This document shows, piece by piece, positions 55,718 through 63,390 of a DNA stretch of 64,000 bases. How positions within the stretch are numbered: the first letter of the stretch is position 1; every line of letters starts with the position of its first letter. The notes under the pieces were generated by a model, which was not told where the DNA came from, made no database searches, and saw only the letters and a program-made list of their open reading frames with translations. Both the position numbers and the translations under genes were made by a program. This DNA comes from an uncultured Pseudomonadales bacterium (GTDB lineage: Bacteria; Patescibacteriota; Microgenomatia; UBA1400; PJMF01), in NCBI GenBank assembly GCA_964648715.1, contig CAZYNM010000007.1:1436-65435 (forward strand). The letters are read 5' to 3'.

Positions 55718-55784
55718 GCTGGGACTCGAACCCAGGACACTTTGCTTAAGAGGCAAATGCTCTAACCAACTGAGCTACTGGCCC
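55711..55784 (-). tRNA. tRNA-Lys(CTT)
   Basis: Minus strand: GGGCCAG-TA-GCTC-AGTTGGTTA-GAGC-A-TTTGC-CTCTTAA-GCAAA-GTGTC-CTGGG-TTCGAGT-CCCAG-CTGGCTC-A. 74 nt, no CCA. Confidence 0.85.
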
Positions 55785-55878
55785 TCACACGAACTAGTAT
55801 TATACCTCAAGATTACATTGAGAGCGAACACTTATTTCACTTTCTTGCAGTCTAGTCAAGATTGAGTAATACTGAAGT

Positions 55879-57063
55879 ATGTCAGCTGTACATGAAGTAG
55901 CTCAACAGACACATGAACACGTACCCTCTCCTCTGGCTTTCAGTTACCCCATAGATGCATTTTTGCACCAGACCATACAGAACCTGGGAAAACAATTGGA
56001 AATAAACCCAGATGCGTTGGGTTGTCAAAACGTCTCATTTTGTCGTGGGGCTGTAAACTACATCCTCAAAGAAATCAAACAGGGCCCTGAGTTTTTTGAA
56101 GTGACTGCAGAACTGGAAAGTTTGGCAGGCGAGCTGGGAAACACGCCAGCAGCTCTTCGTTTTTTCTATTCTTTAGAATTGTATATTTACTATCAGCACG
56201 AGGTGGTGCGACATACAGAAAATAGAATATGTGAATTTTTACAAGTACTTACCTTTGCTGAGTTGAGCTTACTGGGTCCACTTTTGAGTGAGTTCCTGAC
56301 AGATGTCCCAACTCAAGAGGCAGATAAAAGATATTCTTTTTTACGGGATTTTTTTGCCAATGACTCTGCAGATTTCACAGCAACACTTGATGGGCTACAG
56401 ATGAAAAAGAATGAATACATTTTCCTACTTAATACACCACTCTTCACTGCGTTTCTTAAACCGCTTACTCGTCTACAGCCTGCCTTTGCGTATGAACTTG
56501 CACAGATTGTAAATGGATGTCAGGACGTTCACCTGAGAGAAGAAACTGAAAAAGCACTTATGCCAGTTGAGACACATTGGCGGATAAAACTCACACCTTC
56601 ACATGATGACTGGTATTTGTGTGAGCGGAGCGAAGAAAAGTTGGTAGATACACTCTCAGAACAAGGATGTCTAGCGCTGCTAGATGCAGCACAACGACCA
56701 CTTATTGTGGTTAAATTTAAAGGTAAACCATCTGGACTGGTACTACAAACATGTAAAACTGCTGATGGAACTGTGTTACCTGCAGGTACCTGGATTTCTC
56801 CTGTCAGTGCTCAAACTCGAGAACGTTTATACAAGGCATTTGACACAAACTATCAAAAAGTGAGTACACCAGTTTTCCATGGCACTTGGGCGTATATGCG
56901 TAGTGTAGTCCCAGACCGTCTGGAACAGAATGGAGCGCTCCTTACACTTACTAATATAGCGACTCAGCTACAGAGAAGAAGTGCCTATATTGGCCAGCAC
57001 CCTCGTTTCTCTCCAGACAGACAAGCATACCGTCTCAGATATAAAGAAGAAATGGGTGCTTAA
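55879..57063 (+). CDS. Hypothetical protein (394 aa)
   Basis: Long ORF between tRNA-Lys and tRNA-Arg; no recognisable motif. Confidence 0.45.
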   Translation: MSAVHEVAQQTHEHVPSPLAFSYPIDAFLHQTIQNLGKQLEINPDALGCQNVSFCRGAVNYILKEIKQGPEFFEVTAELESLAGELGNTPAALRFFYSLELYIYYQHEVVRHTENRICEFLQVLTFAELSLLGPLLSEFLTDVPTQEADKRYSFLRDFFANDSADFTATLDGLQMKKNEYIFLLNTPLFTAFLKPLTRLQPAFAYELAQIVNGCQDVHLREETEKALMPVETHWRIKLTPSHDDWYLCERSEEKLVDTLSEQGCLALLDAAQRPLIVVKFKGKPSGLVLQTCKTADGTVLPAGTWISPVSAQTRERLYKAFDTNYQKVSTPVFHGTWAYMRSVVPDRLEQNGALLTLTNIATQLQRRSAYIGQHPRFSPDRQAYRLRYKEEMGA

Positions 57064-57073
57064 GGTGACTCGG

Positions 57074-57147
57074 TGCACCCAGAGGGAATTGAACCCCCAA
57101 CCTTCTGTTCCGAAGACAGACGCTCTATCCAATTGAGCTATGGGTGC
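57074..57147 (-). tRNA. tRNA-Arg(TCG)
   Basis: Minus strand: GCACCCA-TA-GCTC-AATTGGATA-GAGC-G-TCTGT-CTTCGGA-ACAGA-AGGTT-GGGGG-TTCAATT-CCCTC-TGGGTGC-A. 74 nt. Confidence 0.8.
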
Positions 57148-57214
57148 GCACCGCTATTATACCTCAAAAAGTCCTCTTTTATTCCCTTCATCCAGTGCTA
57201 CAATACTTGAGAAG

Positions 57215-57901
57215 ATGGCAGCACGATATTACGATTTGGTTAATAAAGCATTACACTGGGGAACATTGCGCGAGTATTTACGAGAAAAGTTTGGTCTCAC
57301 TGAAGATTCTTTTATTAGTCCGTTTATCACTGTGGCCCGTGAGCCAGGAAGTGGTGGCGCCCCCATTGCACAAGCAGTTGCTCAAAAATTAGGCTTTGAG
57401 TATGTTGATGAACAAATTGTGGATGAAATTGCACGCTCCACCAAGCGTCGCAGAGCAATCATACAAGAAATAGATGAAAAAAGTCGATCACGTATTGAAG
57501 ATATTGTGCATTCTTTGGTTAATCTCGAGTATATTGATGAAGAGACATATATTTCTGAGCTAGTCAAAGTTATCCTGAGTTATGCACATAAAGGGAAGTG
57601 TGTTATTTTAGGCAGGGGTGCCAACTTTATCACTCCTTTCGCCAAAGGGTTGCATGTAAGTATCACTGCTCCATATGAGATTCGTGTGCAGAGAGCTATG
57701 CACTACGAGGGTTTATCTGAATCCCAAGCCAAGGAAGTCATCGCGAAGGTTGAAGAAGAACGTGACGAGTTTGCTCGTCAATACTTTAGAAGAAGCTTGA
57801 AGCATCGCAATGTCTTTGATATGACAATAAACACTACGTACTTTAATGTTCCTCAGTCAAGTCAAATTATTTGTGAAGCGTTTAAACAGAAGTTCCCATA
57901 A
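57215..57901 (+). CDS. Cytidylate-kinase-like family protein (PF13189-like P-loop protein)
   Basis: ITVAREPGSGGAPIAQAVAQKLGFEYVD is a CMPK-like P-loop. Start at MAARYY; the longer listed ORF overlaps tRNA-Arg. Confidence 0.65.
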   Translation: MAARYYDLVNKALHWGTLREYLREKFGLTEDSFISPFITVAREPGSGGAPIAQAVAQKLGFEYVDEQIVDEIARSTKRRRAIIQEIDEKSRSRIEDIVHSLVNLEYIDEETYISELVKVILSYAHKGKCVILGRGANFITPFAKGLHVSITAPYEIRVQRAMHYEGLSESQAKEVIAKVEEERDEFARQYFRRSLKHRNVFDMTINTTYFNVPQSSQIICEAFKQKFP

Positions 57902-57920
57902 TCTTTCCGTATAATTTTCA

Positions 57921-57939
57921 TTTTTTTTGCGGTACAATA
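57921..57939 (+). promoter_or_regulatory. Candidate tRNA promoter: T-tract + GCGG + TACAAT (-10-like)
   Basis: TTTTTTTTGCGGTACAATA, 12 nt upstream of tRNA-Leu(CAG). Near-identical to the motif at 58057. Confidence 0.45.
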
Positions 57940-57950
57940 CCCCCTGTGTT

Positions 57951-58037
57951 GCCGAAGTGGCGAAACTGGTAGACGCGCACGCTTCAGGAGCGTGTGGGTT
58001 CACCCCCATGGAGGTTCGAGTCCTCTCTTCGGCACCA
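57951..58037 (+). tRNA. tRNA-Leu(CAG)
   Basis: GCCGAAG...CACGC-TTCAGGA-GCGTG, long variable arm, GGAGG-TTCGAGT-CCTCT, CTTCGGC-A-CCA (CCA encoded). 87 nt. Confidence 0.85.
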
Positions 58038-58056
58038 GAGATCTTTGAAACAACTC

Positions 58057-58075
58057 TTTTTTTTGCGGTATAATA
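58057..58075 (+). promoter_or_regulatory. Candidate tRNA promoter: T-tract + GCGG + TATAAT
   Basis: TTTTTTTTGCGGTATAATA, 14 nt upstream of tRNA-Leu(GAG). Confidence 0.5.
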
Positions 58076-58088
58076 AGCATGAAAATAT

Positions 58089-58169
58089 GCCCGGGTGGTG
58101 AAATGGTATACACGTACGCTTGAGGTGCGTATGCCGAAAGGTGTGGAGGTTCAAGTCCTCTCCCGGGCA
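58089..58169 (+). tRNA. tRNA-Leu(GAG)
   Basis: GCCCGGG...TACGC-TTGAGGT-GCGTA, variable arm TGCCGAAAGGTGT, GGAGG-TTCAAGT-CCTCT, CCCGGGC-A. 81 nt. Confidence 0.8.
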
Positions 58170-58193
58170 CTTAAATACTCTGTATGGCTATGC

Positions 58194-58267
58194 GGACGCT
58201 TAGCTCAGTTGGTTAGAGCACTGCGTTTACATCGCAGGTGTCGGGGGTTCGAGTCCCTCAGCGTCCA
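58194..58267 (+). tRNA. tRNA-Val(TAC)
   Basis: GGACGCT-TA-GCTC-AGTTGGTTA-GAGC-A-CTGCG-TTTACAT-CGCAG-GTGTC-GGGGG-TTCGAGT-CCCTC-AGCGTCC-A. 74 nt. Confidence 0.85.
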
Positions 58268-58282
58268 CTTCTTGGGCTAGCA

Positions 58283-59593
58283 ATGAAACAGTTTGTCTTT
58301 TGTATAGCACTATTTTTTTTGGGGAGCTTCTTCTTTCATTACATAGTCACTGGACAAGCCGTCTATGGCGACGGAGTTGGATACTACGCCTATCTCCACA
58401 GTTGGTACTTTGACCATGACTGGGATTCCACCAACGAATACAAACACATCTATACTCCAGAAAATAATAACGCGCTACAGCCGCACTCTGCAGCTGAAGT
58501 GCAGATTGTCCATACGACCCAGAGTGGCCGAGCACTAAACCATTTTAGTCCAGGGACAGCAGTGTTGCTTTTACCTTGGTACGTACTCGCCGACGTTATA
58601 GTACAGCTGCTGCCAGATAGTCTGCAGGTGGCACGATCTGGTTATGGTGATATCTACCAGATAAGCGTTGGGGTGGGAGCAGTGGTTTTTTTGGGTATGT
58701 CGGTGTGGTTGGTGATGCGTGTTCTTAAGCTCATTAGCGTACCACCATTCCTTTCATATTTGACTGTGCTTTTTATGTACCTGTGTACCCCACTGGTCTA
58801 TTATGGTGGGTTTGACGTTATCAATTCGCATGCTATCTCGGCATTATGTGCAGCTACTACGTTATATATATATACCGCTCTGCCACATACTCTCAAAAAA
58901 GTCTTGGTACTGGGATTGGTGGTAGGCTATGCAGCGAGTGTGCGAATTCAAGATGTATTCCTCGGTATCTTCGTTATTGCTGAAATCTATACTGCTGCGC
59001 CAAAATGGCAACGCACACTAGTCCTGTATGTGACTGCCATGGGTGCACTACTTGTTGGCATGCTTCCGCTCCTTCTCCAGCTAACTGTGGGTATTTCATT
59101 GGTGGAACATACCTACACACAGGAGCTGGTTCGCTGGTTTGCGGCTCCTACTCTGGCAGGTTTTTGGGGAAGTCTCTTGAATAGCGATACGGGTTTATTA
59201 GCAAGAACACCAGCCCTAGTTCCCTTTTGTATATTCCTGGTCGTTGCATTCAAAACAAAAAAAATTCCTTCTCGCTGGTATCCTTCTCTCATGTTTGCTG
59301 TTGCCCAATATGTGATTATCAGCATGCAAGGCGGCTGGGTTGCTGCTGCCTTTGGTGGGCGAATGTACATCTCTAGTTTGATTGTGCTTACCCCTCTTGC
59401 TGCAGAGTTTGTCTCTATGGTGCGCACACGTTTTGGAATACAAGCAGTGACTGCCTTTGTGACGGTGTGTATTGTGGGTACTCTTGCGTCAGTGGGACAG
59501 TTTGTGCTGGTACGTAAAGCAACTGAGAATGGCACTATGGGAACTGAAGCCCGGACAGTTCAGCGCCTACAAAACTTCCTTAGGAAACAATAA
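58283..59593 (+). CDS. Polytopic membrane protein (GT-C-like / unknown), 436 aa
   Basis: Start MKQFVFCIALFFLG; more than 10 hydrophobic helices. The listed ORF start overlaps tRNA-Val. Confidence 0.5.
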   Translation: MKQFVFCIALFFLGSFFFHYIVTGQAVYGDGVGYYAYLHSWYFDHDWDSTNEYKHIYTPENNNALQPHSAAEVQIVHTTQSGRALNHFSPGTAVLLLPWYVLADVIVQLLPDSLQVARSGYGDIYQISVGVGAVVFLGMSVWLVMRVLKLISVPPFLSYLTVLFMYLCTPLVYYGGFDVINSHAISALCAATTLYIYTALPHTLKKVLVLGLVVGYAASVRIQDVFLGIFVIAEIYTAAPKWQRTLVLYVTAMGALLVGMLPLLLQLTVGISLVEHTYTQELVRWFAAPTLAGFWGSLLNSDTGLLARTPALVPFCIFLVVAFKTKKIPSRWYPSLMFAVAQYVIISMQGGWVAAAFGGRMYISSLIVLTPLAAEFVSMVRTRFGIQAVTAFVTVCIVGTLASVGQFVLVRKATENGTMGTEARTVQRLQNFLRKQ

Positions 59594-59667
59594 TCTGGCT
59601 ACATTCCCCACTGGGAAGTGAAAGAGAAGATGATATAATTTGGGGGTTAGTAATGGTCTGTGCACTT

Positions 59668-59740
59668 GCCAAGCTAGCCAAGGTGGTCACGGCGCGTGTC
59701 TGAAAAACACGAGATTGAGGTTCGACTCCTCAGCTTGGCA
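59668..59740 (+). tRNA. tRNA-Phe(GAA)
   Basis: GCCAAGC-TA-GCC...-CGTGT-CTGAAAA-ACACG-AGAT-TGAGG-TTCGACT-CCTCA-GCTTGGC-A. 73 nt. Confidence 0.8.
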
Positions 59741-59786
59741 CAATCGTAGTACAATATGGACTGCAGCTCCTTAACCCAGGAGAAGT

Positions 59787-59859
59787 GCGGAAATAGCTCA
59801 GTTGGTAGAGCGTCTCCTTGCCAAGGAGAAGGTCGCGGGTCCGAGTCCCGTTTTCCGCT
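59787..59859 (+). tRNA. tRNA-Gly(GCC)
   Basis: GCGGAAA-TA-GCTC-AGTTGGTA-GAGC-G-TCTCC-TTGCCAA-GGAGA-AGGTC-GCGGG-TCCGAGT-CCCGT-TTTCCGC-T. 73 nt. Confidence 0.85.
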
Positions 59860-59884
59860 CATTTTTTCTACTCTGTTTGAGATC

Positions 59885-60214
59885 TCAAAGATATAAGCTT
59901 TCACTGGGTAATGCAACTTTGTCTGCAGCACATTCTTCGTTGTGTGTTTGGATAAGGAGTGTCACTTTATTTTGAATACCCAATGGTGCATACATCATGC
60001 CTGCTATAAATCCCTGTTTCTGTACGGTAACTATACAGCTGCGGAGTTCCAGATAAATATCTTTTTTAGTTTTGCATGATTCTTCAAGAGAAAGTGCTTT
60101 TGCTGCCTCTGCAGTAGCTAAACAGTAGGTGTAGTTGTCTTTAGCTCTGCCTACTGTAGTGCTGTACAACACAAAGGCGCCAATACAAATACATGCAAGT
60201 AAGATCATTTTCAT
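59885..60214 (-). CDS. Small secreted protein (109 aa)
   Basis: Signal peptide MKMILLACICIGAFVLYSTTVGRA; several Cys. Confidence 0.4.
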   Translation of the reverse strand: MKMILLACICIGAFVLYSTTVGRAKDNYTYCLATAEAAKALSLEESCKTKKDIYLELRSCIVTVQKQGFIAGMMYAPLGIQNKVTLLIQTHNEECAADKVALPSESLYL

Positions 60215-60235
60215 GTATACTCACTATACCACACG

Positions 60236-60622
60236 ATGTTACACGATTTTTTTAGAAAGTTTGCCACTGGCGTTTCAATCCTTTTAGGATCACCTATTGC
60301 CTTTGTTTCTGCAACAGTTGTCCTAGGTGCTTGGTTATGTGCAGGGCCTTTTTTTAACTTTTCAGATACGTGGCAACTTGCCATCAATACAGTAACCACA
60401 ATTATTACTTTCCTGATGGTTTTCCTGATTCAAAATACACAAAATAGAGATACCAAGGCTATCCATCTTAAATTAGATGAATTGCTGCGGTCTGGGAAAG
60501 ATGCTCGCAATTCTTTGATAGAAGTAGAGTCACTTTCTGATAAAGAGCTTGAACTACTGCATGCGGAGTTTGAGGCGCTCCATGATAAAGCCGAAAAAGA
60601 GCTACACAAGCGTCGCCTGTGA
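60236..60622 (+). CDS. Low-affinity iron permease-like (PF04120-like) small membrane protein
   Basis: ...FSDTWQLAINTVTTIITFLMVFLIQNTQNRDTKAIHLKLDELLR... fits the bacterial Fet4-like ~130-aa family pattern. Confidence 0.55.
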   Translation: MLHDFFRKFATGVSILLGSPIAFVSATVVLGAWLCAGPFFNFSDTWQLAINTVTTIITFLMVFLIQNTQNRDTKAIHLKLDELLRSGKDARNSLIEVESLSDKELELLHAEFEALHDKAEKELHKRRL

Positions 60623-61183
60623 GTAATCATGTAGCCAAGAAATAAGTGTTTTTTTGGTGAGTAACGTTATTGCATGTTTCCGCAGTGAAGCACGCAGTGA
60701 CACTGGAGTGTCATGAAGGATTGCTATCCAAACATTCGTAGCGCCCAGTTCTCGAGCTGACTTAACGAGGCTTTGGGGTATTACATCCAACTGTGCAGAA
60801 TCATCAATAATAAAACGAAAGAGCGTTTTTCTATCTTGTACTCGTGCCTCAATATCGATGTAATGTGGAGTTACAAGTTGCACACACACCTGAGAAAATT
60901 GGTGAGCGCAGACCTTCATTAGATAGCGGGCTTGTGCAGGTGCTGGTAATAGTTGTAATTCAGTATATGTGTATGAGCGTCGCTGTAGATTTTTTTGAAC
61001 AATATACAGGATTGCGCAACAGGTGAGTGCCCCACAAATTTCAAGTAGCACCTGCCCACGTTCAGTGCGCGTAGTGACTGGAGTTACCTCTAGAAGTGGA
61101 ACAAGAAAACTGATGCCTACCATGCTACACACAACACACAGAAATGGTGTGAATTGAGATGCGCTAAAATGACGCACTGTCAT
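60602..61183 (-). CDS. Hypothetical membrane-anchored protein (193 aa)
   Basis: N-terminal TM; starts immediately 3' of tRNA-Gln on the same strand. Confidence 0.4.
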   Translation of the reverse strand: MTVRHFSASQFTPFLCVVCSMVGISFLVPLLEVTPVTTRTERGQVLLEICGALTCCAILYIVQKNLQRRSYTYTELQLLPAPAQARYLMKVCAHQFSQVCVQLVTPHYIDIEARVQDRKTLFRFIIDDSAQLDVIPQSLVKSARELGATNVWIAILHDTPVSLRASLRKHAITLLTKKTLISWLHDYSQATLV

Positions 61184-61184
61184 G

Positions 61185-61255
61185 ATGCCCCGTTTGGATT
61201 CGAACCAAAATAAACAGCTTCAAAGGCTGCTGTCCTGCCATTAGACCACGGGGCA
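61185..61255 (-). tRNA. tRNA-Gln(TTG)
   Basis: Minus strand: TGCCCCG-TG-GTCT-AATGGCA-GGAC-A-GCAGC-CTTTGAA-GCTGT-TTAT-TTTGG-TTCGAAT-CCAAA-CGGGGCA-T. U1-A72 pair as in many bacterial tRNA-Gln. 71 nt. Confidence 0.7.
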
Positions 61256-61340
61256 GCGTAGAGTGTGTGTGTTAAATAACGCCTAATTGTAACAAAAAAC
61301 CACCTTTCTCTCTAGTAGAAAATCGTGATACGATAAAAAG

Positions 61341-61856
61341 ATGTCAAGAAAATATACCGCTAAGCTTATGAAAGCTGCAGTTTTAGGTGCAAATGACGGG
61401 ATTATCACTACATTTGCAGTGGTAGCTGGAGTGGTTGGAGCCGGTTTGAGTGTGCAAACAATTATTATTTTGGGAATTGCCAACATGGTCGCAGATGGCA
61501 TTAGTATGTCAGTAGGAGATTTTTTAGGTGAACGTTCGGCAGCACGTATTGAACATGGAAAGGTCCCCAGTGAAATTTGGCATACAAGTCTGATAACATT
61601 CATAGCTTTTGTATTGGCTGGTGGCTTACCTCTTTTACCGTATGTGCTTGAGTTGGTGATTACTGTTCCTGGGAGCTTACCCCAATTTGAACTTTCGGTA
61701 GCGAGTACCTTGATATCGCTGTTTATAGTGGGTAGTTTACGTTCTCTGGTTGATGGTGGTAACTGGTTCCGCAATGGACTCGAAATGTTAGGTATTGGCT
61801 CAATTGCAGCCGCAGTTGCATACGGCTTGGGTGCATTTATAGAGCGGCTTGTCTGA
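61341..61856 (+). CDS. VIT1/CCC1-family (vacuolar iron transporter-like) membrane protein, short form
   Basis: VLGANDGIITTFAVVAGVVGAG is the canonical VIT-family motif. Confidence 0.7.
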   Translation: MSRKYTAKLMKAAVLGANDGIITTFAVVAGVVGAGLSVQTIIILGIANMVADGISMSVGDFLGERSAARIEHGKVPSEIWHTSLITFIAFVLAGGLPLLPYVLELVITVPGSLPQFELSVASTLISLFIVGSLRSLVDGGNWFRNGLEMLGIGSIAAAVAYGLGAFIERLV

Positions 61857-63378
61857 GCTTTATTTGAGCAAGTATCCGGTTAATATGGCCAATTTGTTGT
61901 GGACCTTCATAAATCATGCCAGTAATCATCTGAATAAGATCTGCCCCAGCCGCAAGCTTAGCTTGTGCATCTTCGGGGGAAAAAACGCCGCCAGTACCAA
62001 CTATCACAAATCGATCTTTAAAGTGTGTGCGAGTTAACTTAATTCCCCGTAGTGAACTAGCTGCAGTGGGTTTCCCACTCACATTCCCCTTTCTTGTTTT
62101 CCAGATAGCTCTGTCATCTGAATGCACAGCGGGATTTTCTTTATTTTTGGTAAGGTTGCCAAAAATAACACCTGCTACTGTGTGCACATCACAGACTGTA
62201 AGTAACTGCAGTGTTTCTTCATCCGATTGATCAATAGGCATTTTTACAAAAACTGGACGTGATACCTCAAGCTTATCCAGAGCCCGCAATAAAATTTCTA
62301 GCCGTTGTGGTGTAGTAAATGGCTCACCACCAAAAGTGTTTGGACAACTAATATTAAGTTCATAGTACGAGTGCGAAAGTGGCCCAGATTCAAAGAGTTT
62401 AAAACATGCAAGGATATCCATGATTTGAGCTTTTGTGTTTGCAAAATGCGTATTGGTACTGGCAATGCTAATGCCAACGGGTTGTAGGAACCGTACACCC
62501 TTGAGGCGTGTTATGATTGTTTCGGCACCGGCAGACTTGAGTCCTTTATTTACTAATAGTGCATGAGACCGTGAAAAACGGTCAAGACGTGGTGGTGTAT
62601 TTCCTGCATAGCATTGGCGAGTCACTGTACCAATGGTGTGCCAGCCAAAACCAAGAGCATGTGTAGCATGCGGAAGATGACCATCATAATCAAATCCAGC
62701 AGCAAGCCCAATGGGATTGTCAAAATGTATACCTGCTTTGAATATGTGCAGAGATGGGTGCTCGTATCTCCAAACAAACTGTAAGAACCACCGACCAACA
62801 CCGGACTCCCCTATCTTTTCCCCAAAAAGCGTAAACCAGTTGTGCACTGTCTCTGCAGAAAATAAGAACAATAGTGGTTTTAACAACCGTGTATAGAGAA
62901 AATGAGTAATGCTATGGGTGAATGCCTTCCATACACCATTGGACTCCGGTACGTACCTGTGTATGTAGAGTTGGGTGATCACACATAAGAGACTGGAGGT
63001 GCTAGCTGATATAAGACAGTACACACACCATGCTTGCAACAGGATCGCCATAATGAAAACAAGGTAGAGAGAAAAGCCAAATCCACCGATGGTAACAATA
63101 GTGAGAAAAGTGATTGCCTTGTAACGAAGTGCTTTTTGTTCAAGTTGCAGAACATGCCAAATCGCTAAGGAACATACCAGAAGATAGTACAGCAGCCCGA
63201 ACACTGAAAGTGGTATACCAAACAGTGACGCATAGGGACTGGAAAGTACTGCTTCACATTGAAACCCTGACGTACACGGAGGGATAATTCCCGTATATTT
63301 TTCATATGTGAGATATCCGGCGTCGGCAATACCAACCAATGACAGTACAACGAGACACAATGAAAGCATCAGCTGCAT
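61837..63378 (-). CDS. pyrD: Fusion protein: N-terminal VKOR (vitamin K epoxide reductase-like) membrane domain + class-2-type dihydroorotate dehydrogenase
   Basis: VKOR loop Cys pair PPCTSGFQCEAV and TM CXXC AWCVYCLIS in the first ~150 aa. Then a class-2 DHODH N-terminal extension (YTRLLKPLLFLFSAETVHN ~ E. coli YPFVRKALFQLDPERAHE) and core motifs NPIGLAAGFDYDG, GTVT, PRL, NISCPNT, VIVGTGGV. Confidence 0.75.
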   Translation of the reverse strand: MQLMLSLCLVVLSLVGIADAGYLTYEKYTGIIPPCTSGFQCEAVLSSPYASLFGIPLSVFGLLYYLLVCSLAIWHVLQLEQKALRYKAITFLTIVTIGGFGFSLYLVFIMAILLQAWCVYCLISASTSSLLCVITQLYIHRYVPESNGVWKAFTHSITHFLYTRLLKPLLFLFSAETVHNWFTLFGEKIGESGVGRWFLQFVWRYEHPSLHIFKAGIHFDNPIGLAAGFDYDGHLPHATHALGFGWHTIGTVTRQCYAGNTPPRLDRFSRSHALLVNKGLKSAGAETIITRLKGVRFLQPVGISIASTNTHFANTKAQIMDILACFKLFESGPLSHSYYELNISCPNTFGGEPFTTPQRLEILLRALDKLEVSRPVFVKMPIDQSDEETLQLLTVCDVHTVAGVIFGNLTKNKENPAVHSDDRAIWKTRKGNVSGKPTAASSLRGIKLTRTHFKDRFVIVGTGGVFSPEDAQAKLAAGADLIQMITGMIYEGPQQIGHINRILAQIKLRQAAL

Positions 63379-63390
63379 AGTGATAGTATC

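Noticed and set aside
59674-59931. ORF 59674..59931(-) overlapping tRNA-Phe and tRNA-Gly
   Set aside because: It covers two well-folded tRNA genes on the opposite strand; its translation contains the tRNA sequences. Spurious.
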